Shown one piece after another: positions 1-11,974 of a stretch of DNA of 36,921 nt. How positions within the stretch are numbered: position 1 is the first letter of the stretch; the number at the start of each line of letters is the position of its first letter. Below the pieces are notes generated by a model, which ran no database searches, was not told the DNA's origin, and saw only the letters and a list, made by a program, of their open reading frames with translations. A program made the position numbers and the translations under genes. The DNA is from Candidatus Eiseniibacteriota bacterium (GTDB lineage Bacteria > Eisenbacteria > RBG-16-71-46 > SZUA-252), in contig JANMQV010000223.1 in NCBI GenBank assembly GCA_031370645.1, positions 1-36,921 of the forward strand, in the 5' to 3' direction.

Positions 1-1461
<1,461 letters not shown>

Positions 1462-1465
1462 CGAG

Positions 1466-2317
1466 GTGGCGACACTCCGCGACATTCGGCGCCGCATCCG
1501 CTCCGTCAAGAGCACGGCTCAGATCACGAAGACCATGGAGATGGTCTCGGCCTCGAAACTGCGCCGTTCGCAGACCGCGGTGGAGTCGGCTCGCCCGTAT
1601 GGTGAGCAGCTCCGCGACGTGCTCGCGAATCTGGCGTCGGCCTCGGGCGACATCGAACACCCGGCGTTCGCCCGGCGCGAGGTAAAGCGCCGCGCGATTG
1701 TCCTCGTCACGTCCGACCGCGGTCTCTGCGGTGCCTTCAACGTGAATCTCACGAAGACGGTCGAGGGGCTCATGCGGGAATCGGCGGTGCCGACCTCGCT
1801 CGTCCTTCTCGGCAAGAAAGGGGTTGCCTACTTCCGCCGGCGGAACGCCTCGATTCTCGAGTCGAACGCCGAACTCGGAGGGGCCGCCTCCTGGAAGTTA
1901 GCCGAGGAGATGAGCCGGAATCTCGTGGCCCGCTTCCTGGCGGGTGAGATCGACGAGGTCGACCTCGTCACCACGCACTTCAAGAGCGCGCTCCACCGCA
2001 CCATCATCGTGGAGCCGTTCCTTCCGCTCGGCCGCGTCGCGACCGGCGGCGGGACGCAGCGCGATTACCTGTACGAGCCGTCGCCCGAGGGGATTCTCGA
2101 GCGGATCGTGCCGTACTTCCTGGCGATGCGCCTCTACATGGCGATGGCCGAGTCTTCGGCGTCGGAGCATGGCGCCCGCATGGTGGCGATGGGCTCCGCC
2201 ACGAAGAACGCGAATGAGATGATTCAGAATTTGACCCTGCACATGAACCGGACCCGCCAGGCCACGATCACGCGTGAACTGGTCGAGATCGTGGCGGGCG
2301 CCGAGGCGCTCAAGTAA
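1466..2317 (+). CDS. atpG: F0F1 ATP synthase subunit gamma
   Basis: N-terminal ATLRDIRRRIRSVK...QITKTMEMVSASKL, SDRGLCG and C-terminal RQATITRELVEIVAGAEAL; GTG start. Confidence 0.98.
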   Translation: MATLRDIRRRIRSVKSTAQITKTMEMVSASKLRRSQTAVESARPYGEQLRDVLANLASASGDIEHPAFARREVKRRAIVLVTSDRGLCGAFNVNLTKTVEGLMRESAVPTSLVLLGKKGVAYFRRRNASILESNAELGGAASWKLAEEMSRNLVARFLAGEIDEVDLVTTHFKSALHRTIIVEPFLPLGRVATGGGTQRDYLYEPSPEGILERIVPYFLAMRLYMAMAESSASEHGARMVAMGSATKNANEMIQNLTLHMNRTRQATITRELVEIVAGAEALK

Positions 2318-3766
<1,449 letters not shown>

Positions 3767-3792
3767 GGCCGCGGACCGCCCTTCAGGAGATC

Positions 3793-4215
3793 ATGGCCGA
3801 AGCGACTTTCACCCTCCGCCTCGTGACGCCGCAGCGCCTCGTTCTCGAGGAACTGATTGTCGCGTTGCAGGCGCCGGGCTCCGAGGGGTATCTCGGAGTC
3901 CTGGCGCACCACGCTCCGCTCATCACGACGCTCCGCCCGGGAAGGCTCGAGGTTCGCGACGAGACGGGGAAGCGGTCGGTCTATGCGGTCGGCGGCGGGT
4001 TCCTTGAAGTGTCGAACAATCGGGCGACGGTGCTTGCCGACTCCGCGGAGTTGGTTACCGAGATCGATGCGGCTCGCGCGAAGGCTTCGCTTTCGCGGGC
4101 TGAAGCGCGGATCAAGGCTGACGCTGCGGCAGCTGCAGTTGATCGCGAGCGGGCGGCTCGGGCTCTTGAGCGCGCCAAGAATCGGCTGGCGCTCGCGATT
4201 TCTGAGCGGGAGTAA
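3793..4215 (+). CDS. atpC: F0F1 ATP synthase subunit epsilon
   Basis: LVTP...PGSEGYLGVLAHHAPLIT...GGFLEV motifs, C-terminal helical hairpin, AGGAG SD, position after atpD. Confidence 0.97.
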   Translation: MAEATFTLRLVTPQRLVLEELIVALQAPGSEGYLGVLAHHAPLITTLRPGRLEVRDETGKRSVYAVGGGFLEVSNNRATVLADSAELVTEIDAARAKASLSRAEARIKADAAAAAVDRERAARALERAKNRLALAISERE

Positions 4216-4235
4216 CTTCCGCTCTCTTCCCCACC

Positions 4236-4244
4236 TGGTATCAT
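4236..4244 (+). promoter_or_regulatory. Putative extended -10 promoter for leaderless tsaD mRNA
   Basis: TGgTATCAT ends 6 nt before the tsaD ATG; no SD upstream. Confidence 0.5.
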
Positions 4245-4250
4245 CTTCTG

Positions 4251-5255
4251 ATGCTTGTCCTCGGTCTCGAAACCTCCTGCGATGACACTGGTGCTGGGCT
4301 CGTTTTGGACGGCAAGTTGCTTGCCCATGTCGTCGCATCTCAGGAAGTGCATCTCGAATACGGTGGCGTCGTGCCTGAGCTTGCTTCGCGGGCACACATC
4401 ACCTTGCTTCCTCGCATGGTCGCCGAGGTGCTGGCCAAGGCGGGGCGGCGGCTCGAGGACGTTGAGGCGGTGGCCGCGACCATTGGGCCCGGGCTTGTGG
4501 GATCGCTCCTCGTGGGGATTGAGTTCGCCAAGGGGTTCGCGCTGGCTCGCGGGATTCCGTTTGTCGGCGTGAATCATGTGGAGGCGCACCTGCTTTCGGC
4601 GGGGATCGAGCATGAACTGCCGTTTCCGTTTCTCGGCATGGTTGCTTCGGGCGGGCATACCGAGATCTATCACGTGCTCGAGCCCGGTGTGGTGGCGCGA
4701 CTCGGTTCCACTCGCGACGACGCCGCCGGCGAAGCGTTCGACAAGGTGGGGAAGCTGCTTGGCCTTCCGTATCCGGGCGGACCGCACGTCGATCGCTTGG
4801 CGCGTGAGGGGAATGCGGGGGCCTATCCGTTTCCCGTGGCGCGCCTTGGAAACGACAACTTCGACGTCTCCTTTAGCGGGTTGAAGACCGCGGTGAAATT
4901 GGCGGTGGAGCGGATGCCGCAGCCGCTCTCCGATACCACGATCCGCGACGTCGCCGCTTCCACCGAGAAGGCGGTCGTCACGGCGCTCATCGATCGAATC
5001 GGGCTCGCGCTCGACAAGCATCCCTCGAAAGCCATTGCGATCGCAGGCGGTTGCGCCTGCAACACGCTCCTTCGCCGCGAGGCTGAGCGACTCGGCAAGG
5101 AACGTGGCATCCCCGCCCTCTTTCCCTCGCCGATCCTCTGCCGCGACAACGGCGCCATGATCGCCTACGCCGGCTGGCAAACGATCTCGCGGGGTCTCCG
5201 GACCCCCCTCACGGTCAGCGCCATCCCGAATCTGGACGCGTTTCACGCCTCCTAG
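4251..5255 (+). CDS. tsaD: tRNA N6-adenosine threonylcarbamoyltransferase TsaD
   Basis: LGLETSCDDT, YGGVVPELASRAH, HVEAH metal motif, SGGHT, DDAAGEAFDK, FSGLKT and DNGAMIA. Confidence 0.98.
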   Translation: MLVLGLETSCDDTGAGLVLDGKLLAHVVASQEVHLEYGGVVPELASRAHITLLPRMVAEVLAKAGRRLEDVEAVAATIGPGLVGSLLVGIEFAKGFALARGIPFVGVNHVEAHLLSAGIEHELPFPFLGMVASGGHTEIYHVLEPGVVARLGSTRDDAAGEAFDKVGKLLGLPYPGGPHVDRLAREGNAGAYPFPVARLGNDNFDVSFSGLKTAVKLAVERMPQPLSDTTIRDVAASTEKAVVTALIDRIGLALDKHPSKAIAIAGGCACNTLLRREAERLGKERGIPALFPSPILCRDNGAMIAYAGWQTISRGLRTPLTVSAIPNLDAFHAS

Positions 5256-5378
5256 TCCGGCGGGGACCCCCCAGAGACTCTCCGCTCCGCTGTAACCGCA
5301 AGCCTCCCAACCAGCTGCGCCGACCGAGAATTACCTCCGGGGCCACCGCCACCCGTCGGCACCAACGCCCGCTTCCGC

Positions 5379-5406
5379 TCAAGATCACAGCCGCTCGCGA
5401 CGATTA
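5379..5406 (+). promoter_or_regulatory. Possible sigma28 (FliA/WhiG)-type promoter
   Basis: TCAAG-N15-GACGATTA upstream of the REC-GGDEF gene; imperfect -10 and spacing. Confidence 0.35.
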
Positions 5407-5430
5407 ATCCCAAGAACGAACACCAGTTCC

Positions 5431-6462
5431 ATGCTCGAACCAGGGGGCGGCGTGAAGGAAGTGCCTGTCGAAAGCGGGCGGATCCTCGTCATCGAGGACG
5501 AACCGCATCTGAGGCTCATTCTCGAGAAGCAGCTTCGCGATGCTCCCGACGTGAAGTACGACGTGCGGAGCGTCGAGGACGGCATCAAGGGATTGGAAGA
5601 AGTCCGCCGCGATCCGCCCGAGCTGATCCTGCTCGACGTGATGATGCCCGCCATGGACGGCTACGAAGTCTGCCGGCAACTGAAGGCGAGCCCGCTCACG
5701 AGCCGGATTCCGATCATCTTCCTCACGGCCAAGACGACGCTCGACGATCGGCTCCAGGGCTTGAACGTCTACGCCGACGACTACGTGACGAAGCCGTGGG
5801 ACCGGGCCGAGTTGCTCTTCCGCGTGCGCAATCAGCTCCGGACGCGCCGCGCGCAGTTGGCGTCGAATGCGCTCACCGGGCTTCCCGGGAACGTCATCAT
5901 CGCGAACGAACTGACGCGACGGATCTCGAACGCAGAGAGGTTCTCCTTTCTCCATCTCGATCTCGACTACTTCAAGGCCTACAACGACTACTACGGCTAC
6001 GCCCGCGGCGACAGCCTGATCCGCTTCATGGCCGCGCTCTTGGTGGACGCCGTGCGCGAACATGGCGGCGAAGGCGACTTCGTGGGGCATATTGGTGGTG
6101 ACGACTTCGTCGTGATCACGGCGCCGGAACGGGCGGATGCGATCGCGGTCGAAGTGCTGGAGTCGTTCGACGCGCGCGTGGCGAGCCAGTACGACCCTGT
6201 CGATCGTGACCGCGGCAATATCACGGTACTCTCGAGCCGCCAGGGCGGCGTGAAGACCTTCGATGTCCTCTCCGTCACGATCCTCCTCGTGAGCAACGTC
6301 GGACGCGACATCCAGCACAGCGCTCAGGTGAGCGATATCGCCAAGGATTTGAAGAAAAAGGGCAAGGCGATCAAGGGGAGCTGCATCGTGCCCGATCGCC
6401 GCTCCGACGGCTCGTTGGTCACTCCCACGCGGGAGGCGAGCGACCCGGAGTTTCGCCCGTGA
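5431..6462 (+). CDS. Response regulator with diguanylate cyclase output (REC-GGDEF)
   Basis: REC motifs IED, LLDVMMP, FLTA, KP; GGDEF-domain motifs LTGLPGN, DLDYFKAYND.YG...GD, HIGGDDF. The start could be a GTG slightly downstream. Confidence 0.93.
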   Translation: MLEPGGGVKEVPVESGRILVIEDEPHLRLILEKQLRDAPDVKYDVRSVEDGIKGLEEVRRDPPELILLDVMMPAMDGYEVCRQLKASPLTSRIPIIFLTAKTTLDDRLQGLNVYADDYVTKPWDRAELLFRVRNQLRTRRAQLASNALTGLPGNVIIANELTRRISNAERFSFLHLDLDYFKAYNDYYGYARGDSLIRFMAALLVDAVREHGGEGDFVGHIGGDDFVVITAPERADAIAVEVLESFDARVASQYDPVDRDRGNITVLSSRQGGVKTFDVLSVTILLVSNVGRDIQHSAQVSDIAKDLKKKGKAIKGSCIVPDRRSDGSLVTPTREASDPEFRP

Positions 6463-8846
6463 ACCGGGCTCAGGCGCCGCGCCCCTCGGCGTCTCCGGTG
6501 CGCGCGCTAGCCAGCCTCGGCAGCCTCTCGTTCGCGGTTCAGGCCGCGCTCGATCCGGACGCCCTCGTTCAAGCCCTCTCCGAGCACGTCCTCGATCTCG
6601 CCGGCGCCGACCAGTTCATCCTCCTGCTCCTCGACGACGAGACCGGCGACCTCGAAGGGCACTCCTTCGAACGTGACCTGGTAGGCGCACGGCGCGTCCG
6701 GCTCGCGCCCGATCCGAACGGATTCCTGGGCCAGGTCCTCCGCCGCGAAACGCTGGTGGTGGACGATCCCGCGCAGACGAGCCCAGTCGGTCGCGACGAA
6801 CTCGGCTGGAGCGGCGCCGCCCCCGGCACCATCGTCGGACTTCCGGTACTCGTCGGCACGTCGCTTCTCGGCGTCACCGCCCTCGGCTATCGCCGCCCGC
6901 GCCCGCTGACCGACCGCCGCCGCCGCACGCTTCTCTTCCTGGCCGATCAGGTCGGGCTCGCGGTCGATCGGATCCGCACGCGCGCCGAACTCGAATCCTC
7001 CACGCGCCGGCTCGAAGAGGCGCGCGCGGCGCTCCAGCGAAGCGACCAGTCGAAGTCGGAACTGATTTCGATCGTTTCGCACGAGATGCGGACCCCGCTC
7101 ACGGCCATCAAGGCGTACACCGAGTCGCTGCTCGACAACATCGATCAGCCGTCGTTCGTCATGCAGCAGAAGTTCCTCACGGTCATCAACGAGGAGTGCG
7201 ACCGCCTGGCGCGCATGGTGAACGACGTGCTCGACCTGAGCCGCCTCGACTCGGGACACCGTCGGCTTCGCGCCGAACCGCTGACGATTCGCGCGGTCGT
7301 GGCCGACGTTCTTCCGACCATCGAGCCGGTGCTTCAGGAAAAGATGCTCGGGTTCAAACTCGATCTTCCGGCCGACTTGCCGAGCGTGGAGGCCGACCTC
7401 GACCTCCTGAAGCAGATCTTCGTGAACCTGATTCACAACGCCGCGAAGTTCTCTCCGGCTGAGAAGGAGATCGTCGTCCGCGCCGAGGCTGTGGGGGATC
7501 GCCTTCGAATCGCGGTCGAGGACCATGGCCGCGGCATCCCGCCGGATCATCTCCCGCGCGTCTTCGAGCGATTCTACCGTGTGGAAGGCGGTGGCGAGCG
7601 AGTAGGCGGGACGGGGCTCGGGCTCGCCATCGTGAAGAGCGCCGTGGAACTCCATGGCGGCACGATTCGCGCCGAGAGCGAAGTGGGAGCGGGAACTCGA
7701 TTCGTGTTTGAACTCCCCCTCGCCCAGGGTGGAATCAAAAAACTCCTCCAGTCGCTCGAGCCGCTCTTCATCCAGCCGGAACTTCGCGCCGTGCTCCAGC
7801 AGTGCGTCGTCATGGTGGCGGAGGTGATGGAGGCGAAGATCGTCTCGTTCATGTTCCTGGACGAGGAGGGGCAAGAGCTCCGAATCCAGGCCTCCCACGG
7901 ACTCGACGCCGACATGGCGGCGCGGACGTGCGTTCGGATCGGCGACTCGATCGCCGGCTGGGTGGCGCAGACGTCGGAGCCGCTCCTGGTCCGCGACGTG
8001 GAAGAGGACCGGCGCTTCAGGAAGATGAATCATCCTCAGTATGAAACGCGGTCGCTCCTCTGCGTGCCGCTTCAGCTCTCCGGCGTGACGATCGGCGTCG
8101 TGAACGCGAATAACAAAGTGGGCGGAACGCCCTTCGACGAGGACGATCTTCGCCTGCTGACCGCCATCGTCTCGCGCGTCGCCGCGGCACTCGACCGGTT
8201 GAACACCGCGCCCGACGAATCCGACGTGGCCGCGACCCTCGCCAGTCTCCGCGCGGTCGTTCGTGCCCGCCGCCTCCGCACACTTCCGAGCACGCAGCGG
8301 GCGTTCAAGCTCGCCACCGAACTGGGTCGCCGGCTCTCGCTCCCCGAGGACGAGATCAACGTGCTCGGATACGTCGCGCGCGTCCATGACGTCGGGATGC
8401 TCGCGGTGGGCGAAGAGCGCTGGACGAGCCCTCGCGCCTGGGGCGAGCAGGAACATCGGGAAGTGGAGTCGCACCCCCAATCGGCGGTGCGAATCCTCCG
8501 CCCCCTGGAGTTCGCGGCCAAGGTGAACGAGATCATTCTGGCCCATCACGAACATGTCGACGGCCACGGCTACCCGCGCGGCCTACGGGGCGATCAGATC
8601 CCGCTCGCCGCGAGAATCGTTGCCGCGGTGGATGCGTTCGAGTCGCTGACGGTGGGGCGTCCCTATCGAGACCCCGTCTCCGACCAGGAAGCACTGGCGG
8701 AATTGAGGCGCGCGGCGGGGACGCAGTTCGATCCGGCCGTGGTCGCCTGCTTGGCCGAAATCGTCTCCGGGCGCGAAAGCGCCGAAGCGCCGTCGGCATT
8801 CCACGCACCGGCTGCCCGTCCGGCCAAGGCCGGAGGTGGCGCGTGA
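6459..8846 (+). CDS. GAF-HisKA-HATPase-GAF-HD-GYP hybrid sensor kinase (copy 1)
   Basis: H-box SHEMRTPL, N-box NLIHNAAKF, G1 DHGRGI, G2 GTGLGL; second GAF; HDVG, HHEHVDGHGYP, RPYR, GTQFDP. GTGA overlap with the upstream stop. Confidence 0.92.
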   Translation: MNRAQAPRPSASPVRALASLGSLSFAVQAALDPDALVQALSEHVLDLAGADQFILLLLDDETGDLEGHSFERDLVGARRVRLAPDPNGFLGQVLRRETLVVDDPAQTSPVGRDELGWSGAAPGTIVGLPVLVGTSLLGVTALGYRRPRPLTDRRRRTLLFLADQVGLAVDRIRTRAELESSTRRLEEARAALQRSDQSKSELISIVSHEMRTPLTAIKAYTESLLDNIDQPSFVMQQKFLTVINEECDRLARMVNDVLDLSRLDSGHRRLRAEPLTIRAVVADVLPTIEPVLQEKMLGFKLDLPADLPSVEADLDLLKQIFVNLIHNAAKFSPAEKEIVVRAEAVGDRLRIAVEDHGRGIPPDHLPRVFERFYRVEGGGERVGGTGLGLAIVKSAVELHGGTIRAESEVGAGTRFVFELPLAQGGIKKLLQSLEPLFIQPELRAVLQQCVVMVAEVMEAKIVSFMFLDEEGQELRIQASHGLDADMAARTCVRIGDSIAGWVAQTSEPLLVRDVEEDRRFRKMNHPQYETRSLLCVPLQLSGVTIGVVNANNKVGGTPFDEDDLRLLTAIVSRVAAALDRLNTAPDESDVAATLASLRAVVRARRLRTLPSTQRAFKLATELGRRLSLPEDEINVLGYVARVHDVGMLAVGEERWTSPRAWGEQEHREVESHPQSAVRILRPLEFAAKVNEIILAHHEHVDGHGYPRGLRGDQIPLAARIVAAVDAFESLTVGRPYRDPVSDQEALAELRRAAGTQFDPAVVACLAEIVSGRESAEAPSAFHAPAARPAKAGGGA

Positions 8847-11422
8847 CGACGTCCGTCGAACTCACCTGGGCTCTGGCCGCGTCCGCCATCCTCCTCTTCG
8901 AGGAAGGGCGTCGCCGCCGCACGCTTAGCCGCGACCTCCGCGGGCTTCGCTCGTCGCTCGAGGCGGCCGTGCAGCGGAACGACCAGCTCTCGACCGCGGC
9001 CGAAGAGATGGGCCGACTCTACCGCGACCAGCTCCTCACCAGCCGGCAGCGCGCCGGCCGGCTCCGGAAAGTGCTCGAAATCGCGACCTCCATCAATTCG
9101 AACCTCTCCCTCGACAAGGTGCTCCACGAGATCGTGCACGCGGTGCGCGACGCCGTCGGGTATCGGATCGTCCTTCTCCGCGTGTTGAACGCGCGAAGCG
9201 GCGCCTACGAAGCGCGCTCCTTCGCCGGTCTCGACCGCGACGCGATCACGAAGCTCGAGGAGTACGACGTGAAGAAGGAGGAGTTCGAATCGTGGCTGCG
9301 CGACGAATTCAAGATCGGCCGCGCCTACTTCATCCCGCACGACCGGAAATTCTGGGGCGAAGTCGATCCGAACAGCTACACCCCCGACTTGGGCGAGCGT
9401 GCCGCGGGAGAGTGGCACCAGGAGGACGTGCTCTTCGTCCCGCTACGCGGCAAGGAGGGGGGGCAGATCGGATACCTCTCGGTGGACGATCCGTCCGACC
9501 GGAAGCGCCCCACGCGGGAAATCGTCGAGATGCTGGAGATCCTTGCGAGCCACGCCGTCGTGGCGCTCCAGAACGCGGCGCTCATGGAGCGGCTCCAGGA
9601 GAGCATGGGCCGCTTGGAAGAGGCGACGGAACGCGCCGAGGAGCTGAACGAGCTGAAGTCGAACTTCGTCTCCACGATCTCGCACGAGTTGCGAACGCCG
9701 CTCACGAGCATCCACGCCTACGTGGAGGCGCTCCAGCAGAACGTGGGGAGTACGAACCTCGGCATGCAGCGCGACTTCCTCCGTGTCATCGACGAGCAGA
9801 GCGAGAAGTTGAAGCGCCTGATCGACGCGATTCTCGACCTCACGCAGTTGGAGTCGGGGCGGTTCCGAATGGCCCGTGAGCCGTTCAACGTCGTGGAGGT
9901 CGTGGACGAGGTGGTTGGCATCCTGAAACCACTGGCCGAGCCGAAGCGCATCGCGTTGACCGCCGTGCGCGAAAACAGCGAAGTCGTCCTCGAGGCGGAC
10001 CGCACGCTCGTCCGCCGCGTCCTTCACAACCTCGGCATCAACGCGGTGACGTTTACGCCTGATGGAGGTGCGGTGACGTTCCGCGTCCGAAGCGAGGGTC
10101 GAAACGTTCAGATCATCGTGGAGGACACGGGGATCGGCATCGCACCGGGCGACATTCAACGGGTGTTCGACAATTTCTACCAGATCGACAGCGGTCCGTC
10201 GCGCGAGTACCCGGGCGTGGGGCTCGGGCTTTCGATCGCGAAGAGCATCGTGGAGTGGCACGGCGGCGACATCACCGCCGACAGCGAGCCGGGGCATGGC
10301 GCCCGTTTCACGGTGACGCTACCGGCCACGCCGAGCGACGCGAGCGTCATTACCCACGCCACGTGGTCTCCGGCCCGCTCGGTCTCCGATCACCTCACGC
10401 GCCTCACGGTGGAGATGGTGGCTGAGGTCATGAACGCCGGCATCACCTCCCTCATGCTGGTGGACGGCGAGAAGGAAGAGCTCTACATCAAGGCGGCGCG
10501 CGGCCTCCGGGAAGAGGTCGTCTGCGGAACGCGGATCAAGATGGGCGACTCGATCGCCGGATGGGTGGCGAAGCACGGCCAGCCGCTCCTCGTCACGAAC
10601 ATCGAGGACGATCCGCGCTTCGGCCGCCGGAATCACCACCAGTACGAGACGAAGTCGCTTCTCTCGGTCCCGATGAAGGTCGGCGACCGTGTCATCGGCG
10701 TCATCAACATCAACAACAAGATCTCCTGCACGCCCTTCACCGAGGACGACCAGTCGCTCCTGACCTCGCTGGCGGAGCGCGTGGCGCGCGCTTGGGAGCA
10801 CGCCGAGGCGCACGAGGCGACCGCCGACCAGGCCGAGCAGGCGACGAAGGCCATGTCGGCGATCATCGACCACTCGCGTCGGAGCCGCCTCCGCCTCACG
10901 GCGGGGACGATGGCCGCCCGGGCGACCGCCGTGGGCCGCCGCCTCGGCCTGAACGAGGAAGAGACGCGGATCCTGGCTTACGCCGCGACGATCCACGACG
11001 TCGGCATGGCGCACGTTTCGCCCGGAATCCTCCACGAGCCGGGTCAACTCGACCCCGAAACGTGGGCTCAGGTCGCCCAACATCCAATTCGTGGCGTGGA
11101 ATTGATGAAACCGATCGAGTTCCAGTCGCAAGTGTCCGAAATCATTCTGGCACACCACGAGCGGATGGACGGCCGGGGCTACCCGCGAGGCCTCTCCGGA
11201 GACGAGATTCCGGTCGCGTCCCGGATCATCGCGGTGGTGGATGCCTACGAATCGATGACGCTCGGGCGCCCCTATCGGCTCCCGATGACGCACGACGAAG
11301 CGATTGCGGAACTGAACCGCTGCGCGGGAACGCAATTCGATCGACAGGTGGTCGAAGTGTTCGTGCAAATAGTTGCGACAGTTGAGGATACAAGGCTCAT
11401 TCGGGCTCCAGAAGCGGCGTGA
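8843..11422 (+). CDS. GAF-HisKA-HATPase-GAF-HD-GYP hybrid sensor kinase (copy 2), short N-terminal hydrophobic segment
   Basis: SHELRTPL, NLGINA, DTGIGI, GVGLGL; HDVG, HHERMDGRGYP, RPYR, GTQFD. GTGA overlap and GGAGG SD. Confidence 0.92.
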   Translation: MTTSVELTWALAASAILLFEEGRRRRTLSRDLRGLRSSLEAAVQRNDQLSTAAEEMGRLYRDQLLTSRQRAGRLRKVLEIATSINSNLSLDKVLHEIVHAVRDAVGYRIVLLRVLNARSGAYEARSFAGLDRDAITKLEEYDVKKEEFESWLRDEFKIGRAYFIPHDRKFWGEVDPNSYTPDLGERAAGEWHQEDVLFVPLRGKEGGQIGYLSVDDPSDRKRPTREIVEMLEILASHAVVALQNAALMERLQESMGRLEEATERAEELNELKSNFVSTISHELRTPLTSIHAYVEALQQNVGSTNLGMQRDFLRVIDEQSEKLKRLIDAILDLTQLESGRFRMAREPFNVVEVVDEVVGILKPLAEPKRIALTAVRENSEVVLEADRTLVRRVLHNLGINAVTFTPDGGAVTFRVRSEGRNVQIIVEDTGIGIAPGDIQRVFDNFYQIDSGPSREYPGVGLGLSIAKSIVEWHGGDITADSEPGHGARFTVTLPATPSDASVITHATWSPARSVSDHLTRLTVEMVAEVMNAGITSLMLVDGEKEELYIKAARGLREEVVCGTRIKMGDSIAGWVAKHGQPLLVTNIEDDPRFGRRNHHQYETKSLLSVPMKVGDRVIGVININNKISCTPFTEDDQSLLTSLAERVARAWEHAEAHEATADQAEQATKAMSAIIDHSRRSRLRLTAGTMAARATAVGRRLGLNEEETRILAYAATIHDVGMAHVSPGILHEPGQLDPETWAQVAQHPIRGVELMKPIEFQSQVSEIILAHHERMDGRGYPRGLSGDEIPVASRIIAVVDAYESMTLGRPYRLPMTHDEAIAELNRCAGTQFDRQVVEVFVQIVATVEDTRLIRAPEAA

Positions 11423-11433
11423 TGCGCCGATAC
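11407..11433 (+). promoter_or_regulatory. Putative sigma28 (FliA/WhiG)-type promoter
   Basis: TCCAG-N14-GCCGATAC, 35 nt upstream of the single-domain response regulator start. Confidence 0.5.
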
Positions 11434-11468
11434 ATTTCATTATGACTGCCGTTGGGGGAGGTGATCGG

Positions 11469-11873
11469 ATGTCGAAGGGACGGATCCTCGTCGTGGATGA
11501 CGAGATCTACATCGTCCACATTCTCGACTTCAGCCTTGGCATGGAAGGCTACGAGGTCCTGACCGCGTTGGATGGCGAGCAGGCTCTCGAGCGGCTGAAG
11601 AGCGACAAACCCGATCTCATCGTCCTCGACATCATGATGCCGAAGGTCGACGGTTACGAAGTCTGTCGGACGATCAAGGCGAATCCGGAGACGCAGCATA
11701 TTCCGGTCATCTTGCTCTCGGCCAAGGGGCGGAACGTCGATCAGAAGATGGGATTCGACGTCGGCGCCGACGACTACATCACCAAGCCGTTTTCGCCTCG
11801 GAAGTTGGTGGAGCGGATTAACGCTCTGCTGGGGCAGACGGTTTCGGAGAAGACGAACACTTCCTCCTCGTAG
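11469..11873 (+). CDS. Single-domain response regulator (REC only)
   Basis: MSKGRILVVDDE...VLDIMMP...LLSAK...ITKPF with no output domain. ATG at 11469 follows GGGGGAGG; the ORF-track start at 11373 is probably too long. Confidence 0.93.
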   Translation: MSKGRILVVDDEIYIVHILDFSLGMEGYEVLTALDGEQALERLKSDKPDLIVLDIMMPKVDGYEVCRTIKANPETQHIPVILLSAKGRNVDQKMGFDVGADDYITKPFSPRKLVERINALLGQTVSEKTNTSSS

Positions 11874-11902
11874 CTGATTAGGTGGGGTCCTGCGTAGTAC
11901 CC

Positions 11903-11974
11903 GGGGCACGGGGGTCGATCCCTTGCTGGCCCCAAACTAACAGGGGCCTGCAAGGGATCGACGCCCCGCGCCCC
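11903..11974. repeat. Long imperfect inverted repeat (terminator or REP-like hairpin)
   Basis: GTCGATCCCTTGC-T-GGCCCC / GGGGCC-T-GCAAGGGATCGAC arms around a 9-nt loop, extendable by GGGGCAC/GCGCCCC. Confidence 0.7.
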
